A DNA stretch of 64,000 nucleotides from Lytechinus pictus (GCF_037042905.1 NC_087251.1:30444001-30508000); one strand, 5' to 3'; shown: positions 1 through 63,906, counted from the first letter of the stretch. The notes: generated by a model from the sequence alone, not told the origin. Program-made: numbers and translations.

Positions 1-142
1 GCTATTACAAAATAATGAGATCGTTAAGATTTGAAAATAGTATGTCAATGTACCAGAGAGATAACATGAAGCTCACAAGTTTAAAAGGAAAAGATGTTTT
101 TTTTGTTAAAAGCTTCACAAACTAACTGATAATCAAACTTAA

Positions 143-537
143 AGCTAAATTACAGTAGTTGAAGTAAAACACTAATTTCGTGAGAAAGTCTGTAAAACCA
201 AGGTTAAGTATGACTATATCATCGTGGATCTAGATCTGGTACAGTTACATAAACTGAACTTTGTGAAATCATAAAATCTAAGCTGAAATACGATCACATT
301 GAAGATCGCCAACACAGATAGGCACACGTGGGACAGTGTATTATTATTGCTGGAATAAAGACCCGACGGAAGTGACCGAATCCGCGCTTATTTTGCTTAT
401 TTCTCAGCAATTACACAATTTCTTCCAGAATCCTTTGGCACATATTTTTTATTCATACAAACAGACACTTGGGTGGTCATTATATTAGATTCTGTAAAAA
501 GTCATTTTGAGATCGTTACCAAAACTGGAATTTACCT
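143..537. mobile_element. Non-autonomous TTAA-flanked TIR element (Kolobok-like), family K1; degenerate second copy ~19816-20232
   Basis: TTAA|AGCTAAATTACAGT ... ACTGGAATTTACCT|TTAA; internal similarity to 19816-20232. Confidence 0.7.
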
Positions 538-810
538 TTAATATATATCATGACAACTAGACCATACAATCATTAGCTGCAATTCAACTTGAGTACATAA
601 AAAGAAAGTCTAACAGATATTCAAAATATGATTTTTTATCTTTTTGTTTCAGTCAACCAAATAAAAAACTTTGAGACTTTAACTGGTAATCTTTAAAAAA
701 AAAATCTAAATGTGGCTAAAGAAAAGATGTACCATTCTCATGGTACATTGTGGTTCTGGGGCGTTTCATAAATAAATTTTTGAAAAAAAGCAAAACAGTT
801 AATAAATTAT

Positions 811-1094
811 AAATAATAATAATATAGGATTTGTATAGCGCGCGTATCCACCTTGTTAGGTGCTCAAGGCACTCCCATATTAGTATTACCCTGGCTAAGC
901 TAGTCTACCGCTTCCGTTGCGCACAGCTTTTTGAGGAATTACTTCTTGCTAGTACCCATTTACCTCACCTGGGTTGAGTGCAGCACAATGTGGGTAAATT
1001 TCTTGCTGAAGGAAAACATGCCTTGGCTCGGAATCGAACCCATGTCCTTCAGATTGAAAGACGAGAGTCTTAACCACTAGACCACGACGTCCCC
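811..1094 (-). mobile_element. tRNA-derived SINE (family S1), nested in a small MITE (~757-1190); 3' fragment also at ~37567-37740
   Basis: Minus strand head GGGGACGTCGTGGTCTAGTGGTTAAG...GGTTCGATTCC (Pol III A/B boxes), tail GCGCTATACAAATCC + (ATT)n. Confidence 0.8.
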
Positions 1095-1195
1095 ACAACG
1101 CAAAATCTACCGAAAATCATTTGATTTGATTGGCTGATGATAGAGAATTTATGCATTTGTTATTATAACAAGTCTTTATGAAGAGGGCCCTAAAT

Positions 1196-1543
1196 AGGTG
1201 GTTTTAGACCGCCTCGAAGTTCGTCAGTTCCAGGTATTCTCTGATCGGGAAATTTACCCCGATCAGAAAATACCAGGTATTTTGGTAATGTGAAAGCAAA
1301 CTACGCGTAATTTCCCCGAAAGAAAATGCCCGCTAAATAGTAGGTACTTGGCGAAATTACGAGAACTTTCGCGAGGATTTTTCCAAGGTCGCAGGTATTT
1401 TGGCAATGTGAAAGCAATTTACGGGAACTTTTAGCCCAGCGGGGCGGTGTGAATGCAGGAATAATTAATGGGTATTTTTTAGCCTAAAAATGTTCTCATA
1501 ATTTAACGGGGATTCTTGTGATCGAGGCGGCTTGAAACCGCCT
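1196..1543. mobile_element. MITE with ~22-bp TIR (AGGTGGTTT..ACCGCCTCGA); longer inverted copy at 28797-29264
   Basis: TIRs visible; near-identical internal sequence in opposite orientation at 28797-29264, which has ~120 bp extra centre. Confidence 0.85.
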
Positions 1544-2094
1544 AATGATAATCATAACATTCTCTACCTCATGCAATTGGATACAGAACTTACAAAGAAA
1601 TCAACATAGGGCACGTACCAGCATTATGATTTATGTCATCATCAAATATCAAAATATATCCAAAGAGGTAAATGAGAATCCGGTTTATCTCTTTATATCA
1701 AAATCACCCTCAGTTATATTTAAGTAAAAAAAAATAAAAAAAAATACATGTATTATATCCTCCAAGGAGTTTTCTCAGGCTATATTTTGAAGATCCTTGT
1801 GAACCATACAAAAGAGTATCAATTCCATCATTGGAGATATCTTGTGTTTCGTCCTCATTTTGTACACAAAAGATCTGGCAATAACCCCTCCCTGATTGTC
1901 AAACAGATCAATTATCCCCTTAAGACAATTTCTGCACTGTTGCTCAATAGACTACACAAATGACCTACGTACAAAGTCTAACATTCATAAACCTACAACA
2001 TTATAAGGTAAACAAAAAAATAGACGTAATCTAACTTATAATCTAGACAAAGTTTTTTTTTTTTTTACATTGTAGTTATACTCTGGTACATTAC

Positions 2095-52008
<49,914 letters not shown>

Positions 52009-52200
52009 CTCTGTTATGGAGAAATTTTCGGCTATTTCCCAACATGGATGTGTTCGTGTTTTCGAGTTAGCGCTACCTCGGAAAATAGGCAACAAGAAAC
52101 GAGGAGTGTAATTGGCTAACTCAAATCACATGATCGCTTAGGAGTGAACGCAAACCCAAAATAAAAACATCTGAAAGGAAAATTGGAGATCATATAAACA
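52009..52200 (-). promoter_or_regulatory. Probable 5'UTR/proximal promoter of the B56 gene
   Basis: Immediately upstream of the exon-1 ATG; more CpG than the gene body; CCAAT (ATTGG at 52111) and TCACATGA E-box-like site (~52126). TSS not determinable from sequence. Confidence 0.4.
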
Positions 52201-54211
52201 AGGCCTCCAATAATACTAACCCGGGGGAAAATAACAAAAAACCGAGAACACAACGATAATAGATTAGCTAAAATGAATTGATGATTCAACGATGAGTGTA
52301 TTGTTGTTTTTACTTCTCCTTCTCATAAATTACTATTTAGGCCTAGATCTACATGTACTTGATCATATTGTATTTGTAAAAATGTTTTTGGTCATCAAAA
52401 TTATTTACAGTGTATACTTTATTTTGTCACGTTCCGATTCGCAAGCTCTGCTCTTTTATTTGGCTCCTAAACCTATCATATTATACTTCTTTTAGTCAAA
52501 TTGTTGGATGGTATTATTTTATTCTATTATTCTATTCTATAGTTTGTCTTGTCTTTCCGTTGATGCCCACAATCAAAGAGTTTATTATTAGATTTGTATA
52601 TGATTAAAAGCCAAAGAATATCTATAATACAATTACAAATCGTGAGCTGAAAATTTATCAGAAAGGACTTTTTGTATAGAATTAATGAACAAAAAAAAAC
52701 CAATGAAAGGGCTCTTGAATCAGTGGTGTTATGAGTAAAAAAGGGGCGAGATACGGCGAAGCGAGCGAGTAAAAATATTGGCATATTTAATAGAAAAATA
52801 AAATTTTGTGATAGAAAGTTCGACATAATATTCAGAAGATATCATATTCACACTTTTCTTTCCTTTTCATTTTTTTCTTTGGTCATGGAGTTTGGGGGCC
52901 GGGCGCCCCAAGCACCCATATGTACGCTATGCCTACTGTCTCGAACAATCTTTTAATTCCAATAAAAAGAACGTTTTGTACATGGATTTTTTTTCCAGAT
53001 TACAAGGGACATGAGGGAGAGGCATATTTTGCTGTTGCTGCCCCTGGCAACCTACAAACAATCAAAATAGCAACAGAGCATGAAAAGAGGTAGTGATTGA
53101 CCTCACAAAACGTTGAAATATAATTTGATATTTTTTATGGTTGGCCTCCCTTTTTATTTGTGAGTGAGCAAAGTGAGCTGGACATTTTTTCTGAACTTTT
53201 ACAAATAAAACTTTATTGTCACCACTAAAATAATGAATGATTTGCTAACCTCGCTTTTAATGTTGTATTGTGGAAACTTATTTTAGTGAGAAGGCAACGA
53301 AATACAATCATTAGAGTGATACTCAATGCATTGCCGTACGCAGCGCCCCCCCCCCCCCTCGAAATCACCTACATTCTTTTCCTTAATTTTTTCATAAAAT
53401 TCAACAATAGTGTGCACGAAATCTTTTAATTTTACTTTTATAAAATAAAAAAGCGCCGAAATGAGATGCTCGGTTGCTTCACTACCTCGCTTTCGGTTTC
53501 TTAAAAAAATAACATGTCTTGCCCCCCCCCCCCCAGGAAAAAAAAACAATTCTATACGGCCATGACTCAATGCAAAGTCATGACTAACGACTAACATAAT
53601 ATTTTGATTGGCAAATTAAGATAAAATATATGAAACTGCAAAGGCGTTTATAAGGGACGTGCCACGATATAGGCCTACCGAACACAATCAGGATGCGCCT
53701 ATATGAGCGGGCTGTGTAGTGATGGCCCCATGATCTCATTGGGGTGTTTCCACTTTTGTTAGGCTTTTTTTTTTTGCATGTTATCGCTTAGCGGGGGGCA
53801 TGCACACCTTCTTCTATATCGTCATTACACTGATATATCTCCAGCCCCCCCCCCCCCCCGGCTCAACATGGCTGCGCTGAGCAATACCCTCTATTATGCT
53901 TGAGAACATTCATCTGTCCCCCCCCCCCCCCCTATCGGCTGCCAAAAAGGGGGGAAAGGAGAAAAAGAGGGAGAAAGAAAGAGAAACGTAGAGGGGGGAG
54001 GAGAAATCATTATTCTATCATATTAGGTTATACTACATTATATATATTATATAGTATTATATAGTATTATATAGTAATCATGAAATATAATTTGCTTATA
54101 TTAGGGTCCATGTGTTCACCATTCCTGGTGCTCGCATTGTCTGTTTATTGATCCTGTTGTACTAAAACATCCCGTTTTCAAGTCAATAATAGACCTATTT
54201 CCTCTCACTTA

Positions 54212-56009
54212 ATACCCCCATCTCACTAGATGGCGATTCCACTGCGATCGTCAAAAATCGACAAAGCGTGGTATAACGTAGCTTGATCGTGCCTTGATCT
54301 TTTCAATCTTCTCCGTCGTACCTTGATCTTTTCTGAAGCGGCAAGGATCGCCACCATCTTTATGGTCGCCACAAAATTTTGAACATGTTCAAAACTTACG
54401 TAGCGAGATCGCGGAGGTGCTAAAGCGCATCACAATCGAGTCATGAGCGTATTACAAACGACATATTCGTAGCTGTAACGGAGCCCCAACGCATAAAGCG
54501 TAGTATAAGCGCATTAAAAGCGGCACCGATCGCCCATGGTTTTCAGGCCCGTTTCCAAGACAATTCTGCTACGCTGCTTCCGTTTACAAGGCGACTGCCT
54601 TGCGCTCGACACGCTTCACACAGCTTCCACCACGACGCTTCCTTCTTTGGGTGGCATGTGGCCATGTGGCACACGTTCTCAGCCCGCTACAGGCGTTCGC
54701 GTTGCGCTTTTGCTGCGCCGCTGATGACTGGGCAGCGATTGCGCAACAACCGTCAGCGCTGCTATAAAACGCCGTGCCGATGGTGGCGGATTATCATATT
54801 TGCAACAGATTACGAGGCGATACCACGGCGTTTTCAAACATAACTCCCAGAAAAAAGACCAGAAAAGGGAAAGCTGCCCAAGCTACCCCTCTTAGGCCGG
54901 CGGTCGAAGAGGAAGATCAAGGGGTTATGGTGGTGGTAGAGGAGGAGGAGGTAGAGGAGGAAGAGGAGGGGGTACAGGAGGAGGAGGTAGAGGAGGAAGA
55001 GGAGGGGGTAAAGGAGGAGGATGAAAATCTTACTGCTGAGCCAGCTGGAAAGAGAAAAAAGACGCTCAAATGTCTTGATGACGAAATGGGTTACCTCTGC
55101 AGAAATAAATAAATTGATTATGTTTTGAAAATAAATTGAATTCTAACCACAGTGACAGTAGACAACATCAAATTTTGTTAATGATTCGATCACTAATGTA
55201 TTGATTGGGAAAGGAAATCTTTAGGGAGATTCTGGCATTGTGCCCCCCTCCCCCTCCCTTTTTATGAGTGCTCTCACATCAGTAGACTACTTCTTGTCAG
55301 CAAATTTGAAAGGAATTTACCAAATATTTTTGAGTGACAAACTTTGTGGAAAAAAAATAAACAGAATATCAAAGATTTTTATGCTCTTTTATGAAATTCT
55401 GGATGCATCCCTCAAATTAACTATTAGGCTCATCGACATCTTTTGAATGAAATTTAAAAAAAATTGTATATTATGACTTAGGTGACAGCCAGGATCGGAC
55501 CCTGTATCTTTTTCGCCTCCTCCTTCTCCTGTCCTCGCATTCAACTTTTAACTGATGTTCTTTTAGAATGCCAAGATGTATAAGTCCAACCAAATTCTGG
55601 ACATCCATGTTGGTCGGAGGTTGGCAATCGACTGAAAAATGCGTCATGTGCCGCGATTAGTATGCCGATTGCTTGAAATCGTTTCAAGAGCCCATCATGA
55701 ACGTAACATAATCGCTTCATTCGTAGCACCACCGTACCGAGGTCCTAATTAGCGTATGAGCCTCGTTGTACGATCGCTTTGATCGCAGAAGCAGCGCATC
55801 ACATCTGCCTCGAATCGTCGCAAGAAAGTGGCATCGTCGTACTATCAGCGTATTACCATCGCCTTCAGCGCAGGTCGGTCGCATAGAAGTTGCAGTGCAA
55901 TCGTCTCGCAGGCTAAAAATAGAATTCGAGGAAGATTCTGCTACGATTTGCGGGATTTACACAGATCGTCATGGTCGCCACGATCGCCTTCCAAGTGAGA
56001 TGGGGGTAT
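54212..56009. mobile_element. 1.8-kb Harbinger-like TIR element containing a Glu-rich ORF remnant
   Basis: TA|ATACCCCCATCTCACT ... AGTGAGATGGGGGTAT|TA; CpG-rich subtermini; ORF 54774-55112 with basic then poly-E tract. Confidence 0.75.
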
Positions 56010-56089
56010 TAGAGTTATTATTGTTTTATGTAGTGACATATCTATGCTTTTTTTCATGTCTACTTAAAGTAATTGCCCCCTTTTGAGGT

Positions 56090-56829
56090 CTGAATATAAA
56101 ATATTTCCAGTCGTGCTTTCGTTCGCATTAGTGGATTGGCGAGATTTATCTGCTCTTCATTAATTCTTAAAAACAGTTCTTAAAATTTCCCTTTTTCTGT
56201 TCTGAATATTCAAAATTTTCGGGCCGCGCTCCGGGCTCGCATCATTTGGTTAATGAAATACGTATGGTCTTAGTGAATTTCTACAAACAAGCCTTAAATG
56301 TCCCTCTTCATGTCTGAATTATTAAAAAAAATCAGCTCCCGCTTCGCGATAGCATTATTTGATTAGTAAGATACGTATCATGCTCATTATTTCAATGACT
56401 ACAAAAAGAGCTTCATGTGTTTAGGTGTAATTCAAAATCAGCAAGCGCTAACGCTTGCACTAGATGACAATGGTGAGATATGTATTACTCTTAATGGATT
56501 CCTCAAAATAGTCCTTGAAATGTCCCTGTTTGGGGTCAATATATAACAAAATTTCAGCTAGCGCTTCGCGCTCGCATTGTTTCTTAAGTGAGACAGTTAC
56601 GTATCACGATTAGCCTACAAAAATATGCTTATAATATCCCTTTTGTAGATCTGAATATCGCATTATTTGATCATTGGGATACATATCCGTTTAATGGTAC
56701 AGTCCTTAAAATGTCTCTATTAGGTCAGTAGGCCTATACCTGGCAAATGAGTGCGCTTCGCGCGCCCACTAAGTGACTCAATTTTTGCTGGTGCCCCCCC
56801 CCCCATGCCGTTACCCATGGTACGCCACT
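56090..56829. repeat. ~115-bp degenerate tandem units (CGCTTCGCGCTCGCATT) belonging to a G/C-run-terminated interspersed element whose other part is at ~53900-54210
   Basis: Motif recurs near 54131, 56121, 56236, 56341, 56451, 56571, 56755; ends GCCCCCCCCCCCATGCCGTTACCCATGGTACGCCACT. Confidence 0.65.
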
Positions 56830-57749
56830 ATGGAGACCTTTCCCCCAAACAAATGCTCTAACTATTATTCTTTTTTTCATTGATTTTTCCCCCCTATTTT
56901 TCTTCCTCTTTTCTAATTATGTTTTCGTTTTTTTTTTTTCCCCCTTCACTTTTATCTTCAATTCTCTTCGTTTTATCTAACTTCACAATGAAGCACTTCC
57001 CATCTTCTCTGGCACGCTAGTGCTAGAGAAAGAATGGGGAGGGACGATGATGATGATATTATCTGTATTTTGAAAAATATGGTTTCATTTTTTTTTTCTC
57101 AAACAAACCAAGTGAAGGCGAGTGAAATATAATTTCGATGTATTTCCACGCGTTTTCTACTATGAATCAGAATCAGGTATTCCAAGCAGTATTGTAATTC
57201 ATATACATCTAATCAAGTAATTTTTATAGTTCCATCAAATCCAGACTAATTTAAACCCGCTGTCATATGTTACTCTCTTTCTTTTGCCACAACCCCACCC
57301 CCCCCCCCCCAGCAATACAATTCCAGAATTTATTATGTTTCTTAAAATATAATGCGCATATCGCGTCTCACCAATGCAGAAAAAAACTACCCACTAAAAA
57401 TGTGCATCTTTCTGGCCTGCGAAATATGGAGTGTGGTGTTTCTCGAGACCGACCCTGACATTGTCTTTATAGTCTTAGACACCATTCTTATCATTGGCGA
57501 CAACTTCAGGGGATGTCCTCTGACGAGACCATGATGAGGCCTCGAGGAAAATTTCCCTTTTTTGCATATCTTATCATTGATCTCGGACAGAGTCATCGTC
57601 TGGGCATTGACCGTGGTCTCAGAACTTTTATGTCCTTGGTCTTGAGCCTTACTAGCCTTGACCACAGGCAATCGACCTCGCTATTTGTCTCGGCTTTCCG
57701 GTCTTGCGCAAAACACTGCGAACAGTGTAGACCTATAGTTGAGTGCTGG

Positions 57750-58390
57750 GTGAGTTGTCCTCCAGGGGAATTTCCCTCTGAGAGGGAGAGAGAGAGAGTT
57801 ACTGTCCGGGGGTTGGTCATCTGAGAGAGTTGTAAAACTTGTCCGACTTTGAGTTGTCCTCTGGGGGAGTTTTCATCTCGATGGGTTGTCCTCCGGCGGA
57901 ATTCCATCTGGATGAGTTGTCACTCTGGAGAGTTATCACTAGAAGGTCCTCATCAAGGAGGGGAACTTTCATCTATAGGGGAGTTTCCTCCAGACCTCAA
58001 GAAGAATTTTCCTCTACAAGAAGGATTTCTTCTCGTGAAGTTATTCTGGAGGAGTGTTGTCCGCGGGATAGCCGTCCCTGTGGGAGTCTGTTGTTCTCTA
58101 GGTGGGTTATATATCGGGGAAGTTTTCATCTGGGTGACTTTTCCTCTGGGGTAGTTGACGAATTTTAGTCTAGGGGAGTTGCAATGCCTCTATCTAAGAG
58201 TTTCCTCTATATAGGGAAGGTTTTTCTCTGGCATTGGGGAACATGAAGGGTAAGGCGCTCCTCTGGGGAGTTATCTGGAGAAATTGCCCTGTAAAAAAGA
58301 GTTATTCTCTGTCCGCTGGTTGTCCTCTGAATGAGTTATCCTCGAGATGGGAAGTCCTCCTAATGAGTTGCACTCTCAGTGAGTTTCTCT
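57750..58390. repeat. Degenerate ~15-bp minisatellite (GGGGAGTTGTCCTCT-like)
   Basis: Many variants of GAGTTGTCCT / GGGGAGTTTTCATCT. Confidence 0.7.
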
Positions 58391-59784
58391 ATTTATTAAG
58401 CTGAACTTTTTGTTGGAATTGGCTTGATGATCTTTATACCATCCAAGTAATTATTTACAAATAAAAGTGGAGATATTTGTCCTAATTAAATTTTTCTGAC
58501 AAAACTTCTAAATCATTATCGGGTTCCACATGAAAGTATATACAATGACCGAACTAGACACAAGTGCTCAGTGCACCTGTATATTTTTTGCCCTTTTCAA
58601 CGTTATATATTTTTTTGTGTTATTACAAAAACAATAGATGGCGCTACACAAGACATAAGGCTCTGCTCATTCGGGTGCCACGCGCGTTAAACATTTCCCC
58701 TAACTCGTGTGTTAATAATAAAAAAAATAATTAAATAATAAGGATGAAATTAGAGGGTCGAATGTTTACTAACGGTGGATAGGATATAATATCTGGCATT
58801 CCATATCTGACCAGAAAACTATACCTTGGCCGGCTCATTTTAAAAATAGATCGGCATCTTTCTGAAAACATCCCCTGACGGGATTGTTCATCACCCAAAA
58901 CATGTAAAACACTAAATAGCCCTGATTCTTCCACCAGTCAAATACTTCAAAGAGTTAAGGGATTTTCTTTCCCACTTAGGAAAAGAAGTTCAGTAGTTGC
59001 CCTTCCTAGAATCAGTGCTAGATGGCTAATCATATACACTATTTTCAATCAGCTGTATCAAATTAAAATTTGAGGAATGGGTTTGACCGAGTAATTATCT
59101 TTTGCCTTTTTGTCCTGTTGTAGTTGGGCTCTTGACACCCTCAGTTCGTCAATGTAGAGTAATTCCTCAACTCACCATGAATTTCGGCGAGTTAATTGCT
59201 TAAAATGATTCATTGAAATTATACAGGATATTCGTTTATAAATAATGATCTACTTGACTCATATTCTTTCATAACTTGGCCATTCGGAGAAGTCAGGATG
59301 TAGTAATGTATTTTATTTATTGTTTTCGTCAACGCATTTCTTTTTATCGATCTTAAACATAAAAAGACTGGAATTAGACCTATTTTGGGATTTGTAACTT
59401 CTTTTCCTTTCAGTGGATAAGAAACGAAATCTTTATTTTCCTATGATTTTGATACTTTTGAATGCGTAGGAATCTGAATTACTCGTGCGTGGCCTAAAAC
59501 TATAAAGGTCAATCCATGAAAGACACAGGACGCGCATCGCCCCAAATGATAATAATAACAAAGTGAAAAGAAATAAAACATAAAAATAAAAACAATGATT
59601 TTTTTTTGTTTAAATCAAGGAAGGAAAGAAAATATGACATGCCCTCTCCCCGTTCCATTTTTGGAATGTTTGCATTTTGTGGGGAAAGAATTTGCAAAAT
59701 ACATCCCAATAAATTGAATTTATCTCGTTTTTAGTGAGTGATGTTGAAAACCTGAAAACGCACGTGCGTTTTACCTTAATCAAT

Positions 59785-59900
59785 CCCCTCCCCCTCCCCC
59801 ACCCTCCCCCTCTCTCTTCTCTCTCCCTCCCTCTCTCTCTCTCTCGTTCTCCCTCTCTCTCATCCTCCTTCTCTCTTCCCGTCCCACTCTCTCTCTCTCT
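59785..59900. repeat. CT-rich simple repeat
   Basis: (CT)n/C-run tract. Confidence 0.85.
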
Positions 59901-60111
59901 GATGGCTCCCCATGCACATTAATGTCTATTATGATGTATTTCTATACCATAGCATTATGTTCACTTAAACTCTCACCTCAAAATCAATTTCACAAGATAT
60001 GTATTTCGAGACTAAAATTTTGAATATGGAATTAAACTATTAAGTTTATTTTCAGCAGACAACATTGTGTTATAAAGAAATGTTAGTATGTAGGGCTAAC
60101 GCTGAGGTGAA

Positions 60112-60138
60112 ATATATATATATATATATATATATATA
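60112..60138. repeat. (AT)n microsatellite
   Basis: Perfect AT run. Confidence 0.95.
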
Positions 60139-61252
60139 GCATAGGTCCATTGATTCTTTAAGTTCTTCATTTTGAAATAAAATTCACCTATAGTAATTAT
60201 AAGAACGCCTGTTATTATGAAACTAAATGTTAATTGCGAAGACCAAATATGACGAATTTTCTAGTGTCAATCAGCGTAAATGGCGTATATAGAAAGACGA
60301 GGCAAAGTATGTAGTTAAATGATGTTGGTTTACAGTTTCACATAAGTACAAAAGATAAAGTTATGGCAAGTGAAAGAGAACAATTGAGTTTTCTCAAATT
60401 AATGAACATGAAAAAATTATGTACAATAAGACAAATAAATTCCTAGCTGGTCGCTAAAGAGTCCTTATACCACATAACCCTAACCCTATGCAATTATCAT
60501 TTCGATATGCAACCTTTTATCCATTTTTAAAATTCCGATAATATAATTATGCAAATACAATGATCCTAAAACATGTGAAATGATGTTTCTGAATCACATC
60601 CTCTTTCAAAGATACTAGTAGGTATATCTTATATTACTTTGATACCACAAATACATCAAAATGATGTCTTTAAAGCTGCGATTGTATTTTATCGGTTTTA
60701 ATTGATTGTTTTAATGTACGACTTCATTTTGGTGTGGTTTGCGTTTTGAAGAAAAAAATGTATAGTTATTTAGTATTTCTCAGTCCTTTGACGTCTGTCT
60801 TTGTTTCTTTTGTGTAGTTTTTACTTGAATAATATATCCTAATATTGCTCGTCGGATGTTTCAAATGATTTGGGCTGTTGCATGATGGTATACGACACAA
60901 AAGTGTATCATAAAGGACCTAATACTATAGTACAAAAGTAGGGAAATAATTGCAAAACTTTATAATTTTTTCCCTTTTCACCAACAAGTCATGCTTACAC
61001 ATTTCAAATGATAACTTAGAAAGAATTTTCTCTTTACACATTTAGAAAAATACATTTCTGAGAAAGAAAAATAATATATAAAAATTTCTTCGCCAGCAAT
61101 AAACATGATAAAGAAAATAGCACATTACGGAAACCACATGCAGCATGAACATAACAATAAAAGTACAAACCAGCTGCAATGCCACTCATTAGAAAATTGC
61201 ACCGACATCTAAATTTTGTAGGGCCTCTATCATAAAACATTAATTAATTATT

Positions 61253-61442
61253 GGGCCTTTTCACACGTGAATCTTGAATCATTATTGTAATGATGATTGC
61301 TATATCGCGATGACTGTGAATAGCGTTCGTGATTCTTATCATGTTCTATATAGTTCACACGTGCTAAAAATTCGTCATTAGCCTTATTTTTAACTGGAAT
61401 CATCATTCAAATTACGATTTTTGTTTTACCGTGTGAAAGGGC
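61253..61442. mobile_element. Harbinger-like MITE remnant
   Basis: GGGCCTTTTCACACG ... CGTGTGAAAGGGC. Confidence 0.55.
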
Positions 61443-61582
61443 GGCAAATATCTTTTTCTTTTTCATAACTGTATCATTACAAGGATACTACAAATACCGC
61501 ATTTCTTTTAATTCAAACTTTTGATTTAAAATTAAACATGACATAAAGTCGATCAAAATATTTGGATGAATAAGATATTAAT

Positions 61583-61757
61583 CAGGGGCCGCGGAACGGT
61601 TTTCAAAGTGGGGGGGGGGGGGGGCCGGGCTGAGCCAAAAGTGGGTGGCTGACCATGCAAAAAATCACAATCATATGGTAATTTTTACGTTTTGTATACA
61701 CGGTTTTGGAAAAAAGTGGGGGGCTGAAGCCCCCCCCCCCCGCTTCCGCAGCCCCTG
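61583..61757. mobile_element. Short CAGGGG...CCCCTG element with 5-bp TSD
   Basis: TTAAT|CAGGGGCCGCGGAA ... TTCCGCAGCCCCTG|TTAAT. Confidence 0.8.
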
Positions 61758-62646
61758 TTAATGTTGTGGCCTTTAGAAATGAATGACGGGCTTAATGACG
61801 ACACGCCACTCAGAAGCAAAAATATATAGTACACCTCTCAGATTTTTCTTAACGAACCTATAAGTTCGTTCAAATATGAACTAACCAACCGTCGGATTAG
61901 AATAAATGCAAAATGAATTGGGACTTTTTAAACCAACAGTTGGTCGGTTCTTATTATAACCAACTTATAGGTGTTGGTTAAAAAATATGAGTGTGTATAC
62001 AGGGAGATGGCATCTCATGCATCGCTTACACATATCCTTACACGATAATAATGCCTCTTAAAAGAATTGTTGAGAATCGGATGTTTGTGCACCATTCTCA
62101 ACAGCACTAAAAAATATGCATAAAATCACAAATATTAATTATTATCAAATATGAATTATGAATGAAACCGACCTGCGGCTCCTTTTGAAAAGATATATCA
62201 GGATAGGCGGATCTCAGAATTAATGTCCAATTTTATGTTTTGGGTATTTACAAAGGTAAAATTGCATTTCATCTAATCAAGGGGAAAAAAGAAAGAAATA
62301 TACAATGTGCATATTAACTATATCGTGTTGAATATTCTTAAAACTTTTGGATGGAGCTTTAATTTTTCCTGTTCTGCCCCAACGATTAAATGCCTTAACA
62401 GGTCGCCCCTCCACGAGATCCGCCTCGGCAAACATTTTCTTTCACGTTCACCATATACACCGAATATTGCATGCATATGGAATAGCTGTTACAATAGTAA
62501 ATTGAATATAGAGTGTGCTTCACCTTCAAATATATATAAATAATATATTCATTTTCACAGCACACAATCATAATGATGGGCCTTCAAATCAGAGAATTGA
62601 GGCCAAATGCTTCCAAACCGAGTGATTGCTGGACTATACACGGATC

Positions 62647-62714
62647 TCAATTTCTTGGTGCGTTCCCGAGTCCAAGATGAGTCTTGTATGTCCCAAATGT
62701 GTATTTTTGCGATC
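62647..62714 (-). CDS. Unknown gene, terminal coding exon (R-SQKYTFGTYKTHLGLGNAPRN*)
   Basis: TTTTTTTCTCTCTCTTAAG acceptor, phase 1, TGA at 62649-62647. Confidence 0.68.
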
Positions 62715-63177
62715 CTTAAGAGAGAGAAAAAAATGAGAACATTAAATATGATTATGCGACTGTAATGTGATTTAACAGAGTTTTACATTAATGGTTTCCT
62801 GATGTCAATTTCCGCAGTATTTCACTTTCTCATCCTACCCCCACCCCACTTCTGTACCAACACCACCGGGAGTCCAATGATCATGATGATGATGACTCTT
62901 TTTGTTTAAAGGGGTAAGAAAATAGGCATAACTGAAATTAAAGTTTCCCATCAGAGCTATCTTCCCTTTTGAAAGTTTTGGCGAGGCCGAAACATGTCTC
63001 CATAAGTCAGCTCAAACAAACAATCATCGTTCTACATGCTGCATCATGCTGTTGTGTTTCGCTTCTGGAGATCTCATTTTAAAAAATATTACAATTTGGG
63101 TTTACATAATAATAGTGTAAAACTCAGCACGGGAGCCATTTACTAATTCTGTTGCTGTTGTTGTTTTTGCTACTTAC

Positions 63178-63342
63178 TTGAGATAGGTTGTTTCTCTTCC
63201 AACCAGAATTTAAAACCTTGTTTGGCATGTTGATTGTAGTAGTTCTCCCTCCATGATCGTCTATTCTGTGGGCTCATCTGATATGAAGCATAGGTGATGT
63301 AGGGAGAGTTACCGTCCATCGCCGCGTTCTGGCTCTTCGATA
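63178..63342 (-). CDS. Unknown gene, penultimate exon (V-SKSQNAAMDGNSPYITYASYQMSPQNRRSWRENYYNQHAKQGFKFWLEEKQPIS)
   Basis: TTCTTCATCTTTCTGCAG acceptor, A|GTAAGT donor, 165 nt open, phase 1-1. Confidence 0.78.
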
Positions 63343-63906
63343 CTGCAGAAAGATGAAGAATGATATTAAGGAGAGAACTTATAATATATACATGCTACAG
63401 TCACACCAAAAGCTATTACATGTATGTTATTTCGAGTGGCATAATAATCGATCGATTGGAGGCCGTATCGTTGGTGTAAATGTAGCATAAAACGGTCTTG
63501 AAAGGATGTGAAATTGTTCCTAGCACATTATCATGATACAAGCAAAACAAAACATACGCATCCGTCCCCATTTACATTAACAAGGCGAATGCACTCCCCA
63601 CTTGCGACTTCATTGGCATCATCACGGGTATCATTTTTTTGTATTTGTCATATATTTCAAGAATATCGTATAATCATCTCTTCTCAATATTTGTTCTGAA
63701 GAAATTAAATTCAAATTTAATCAGATATTTTTACAAATCAAGCTCACATTATTATGAAGATAAACTTTACCGATGGGGGCGCTTTTGAACTCCGACGTTC
63801 AACGCACATTAATCTTGATTAATTAATATTTTTTTTTTTTACCACTGGGTGTCTCCTTTCCCAAAATTTCAATGAAGCGTTTTCTTTTTTTCCTATGGAT
63901 GCTCAC

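Noticed and set aside
1020..1094. tRNA gene
   Set aside because: tRNA-like head joined to a repeated body and (ATT)n tail; SINE
1..2094. Next B56 exon (VAERAL...)
   Set aside because: Not found; the region is mostly repeats, so the gene continues beyond the window
57387..58168. Cluster of ~100-aa ORFs
   Set aside because: Overlapping frames in degenerate repeat DNA, with no splice-supported model
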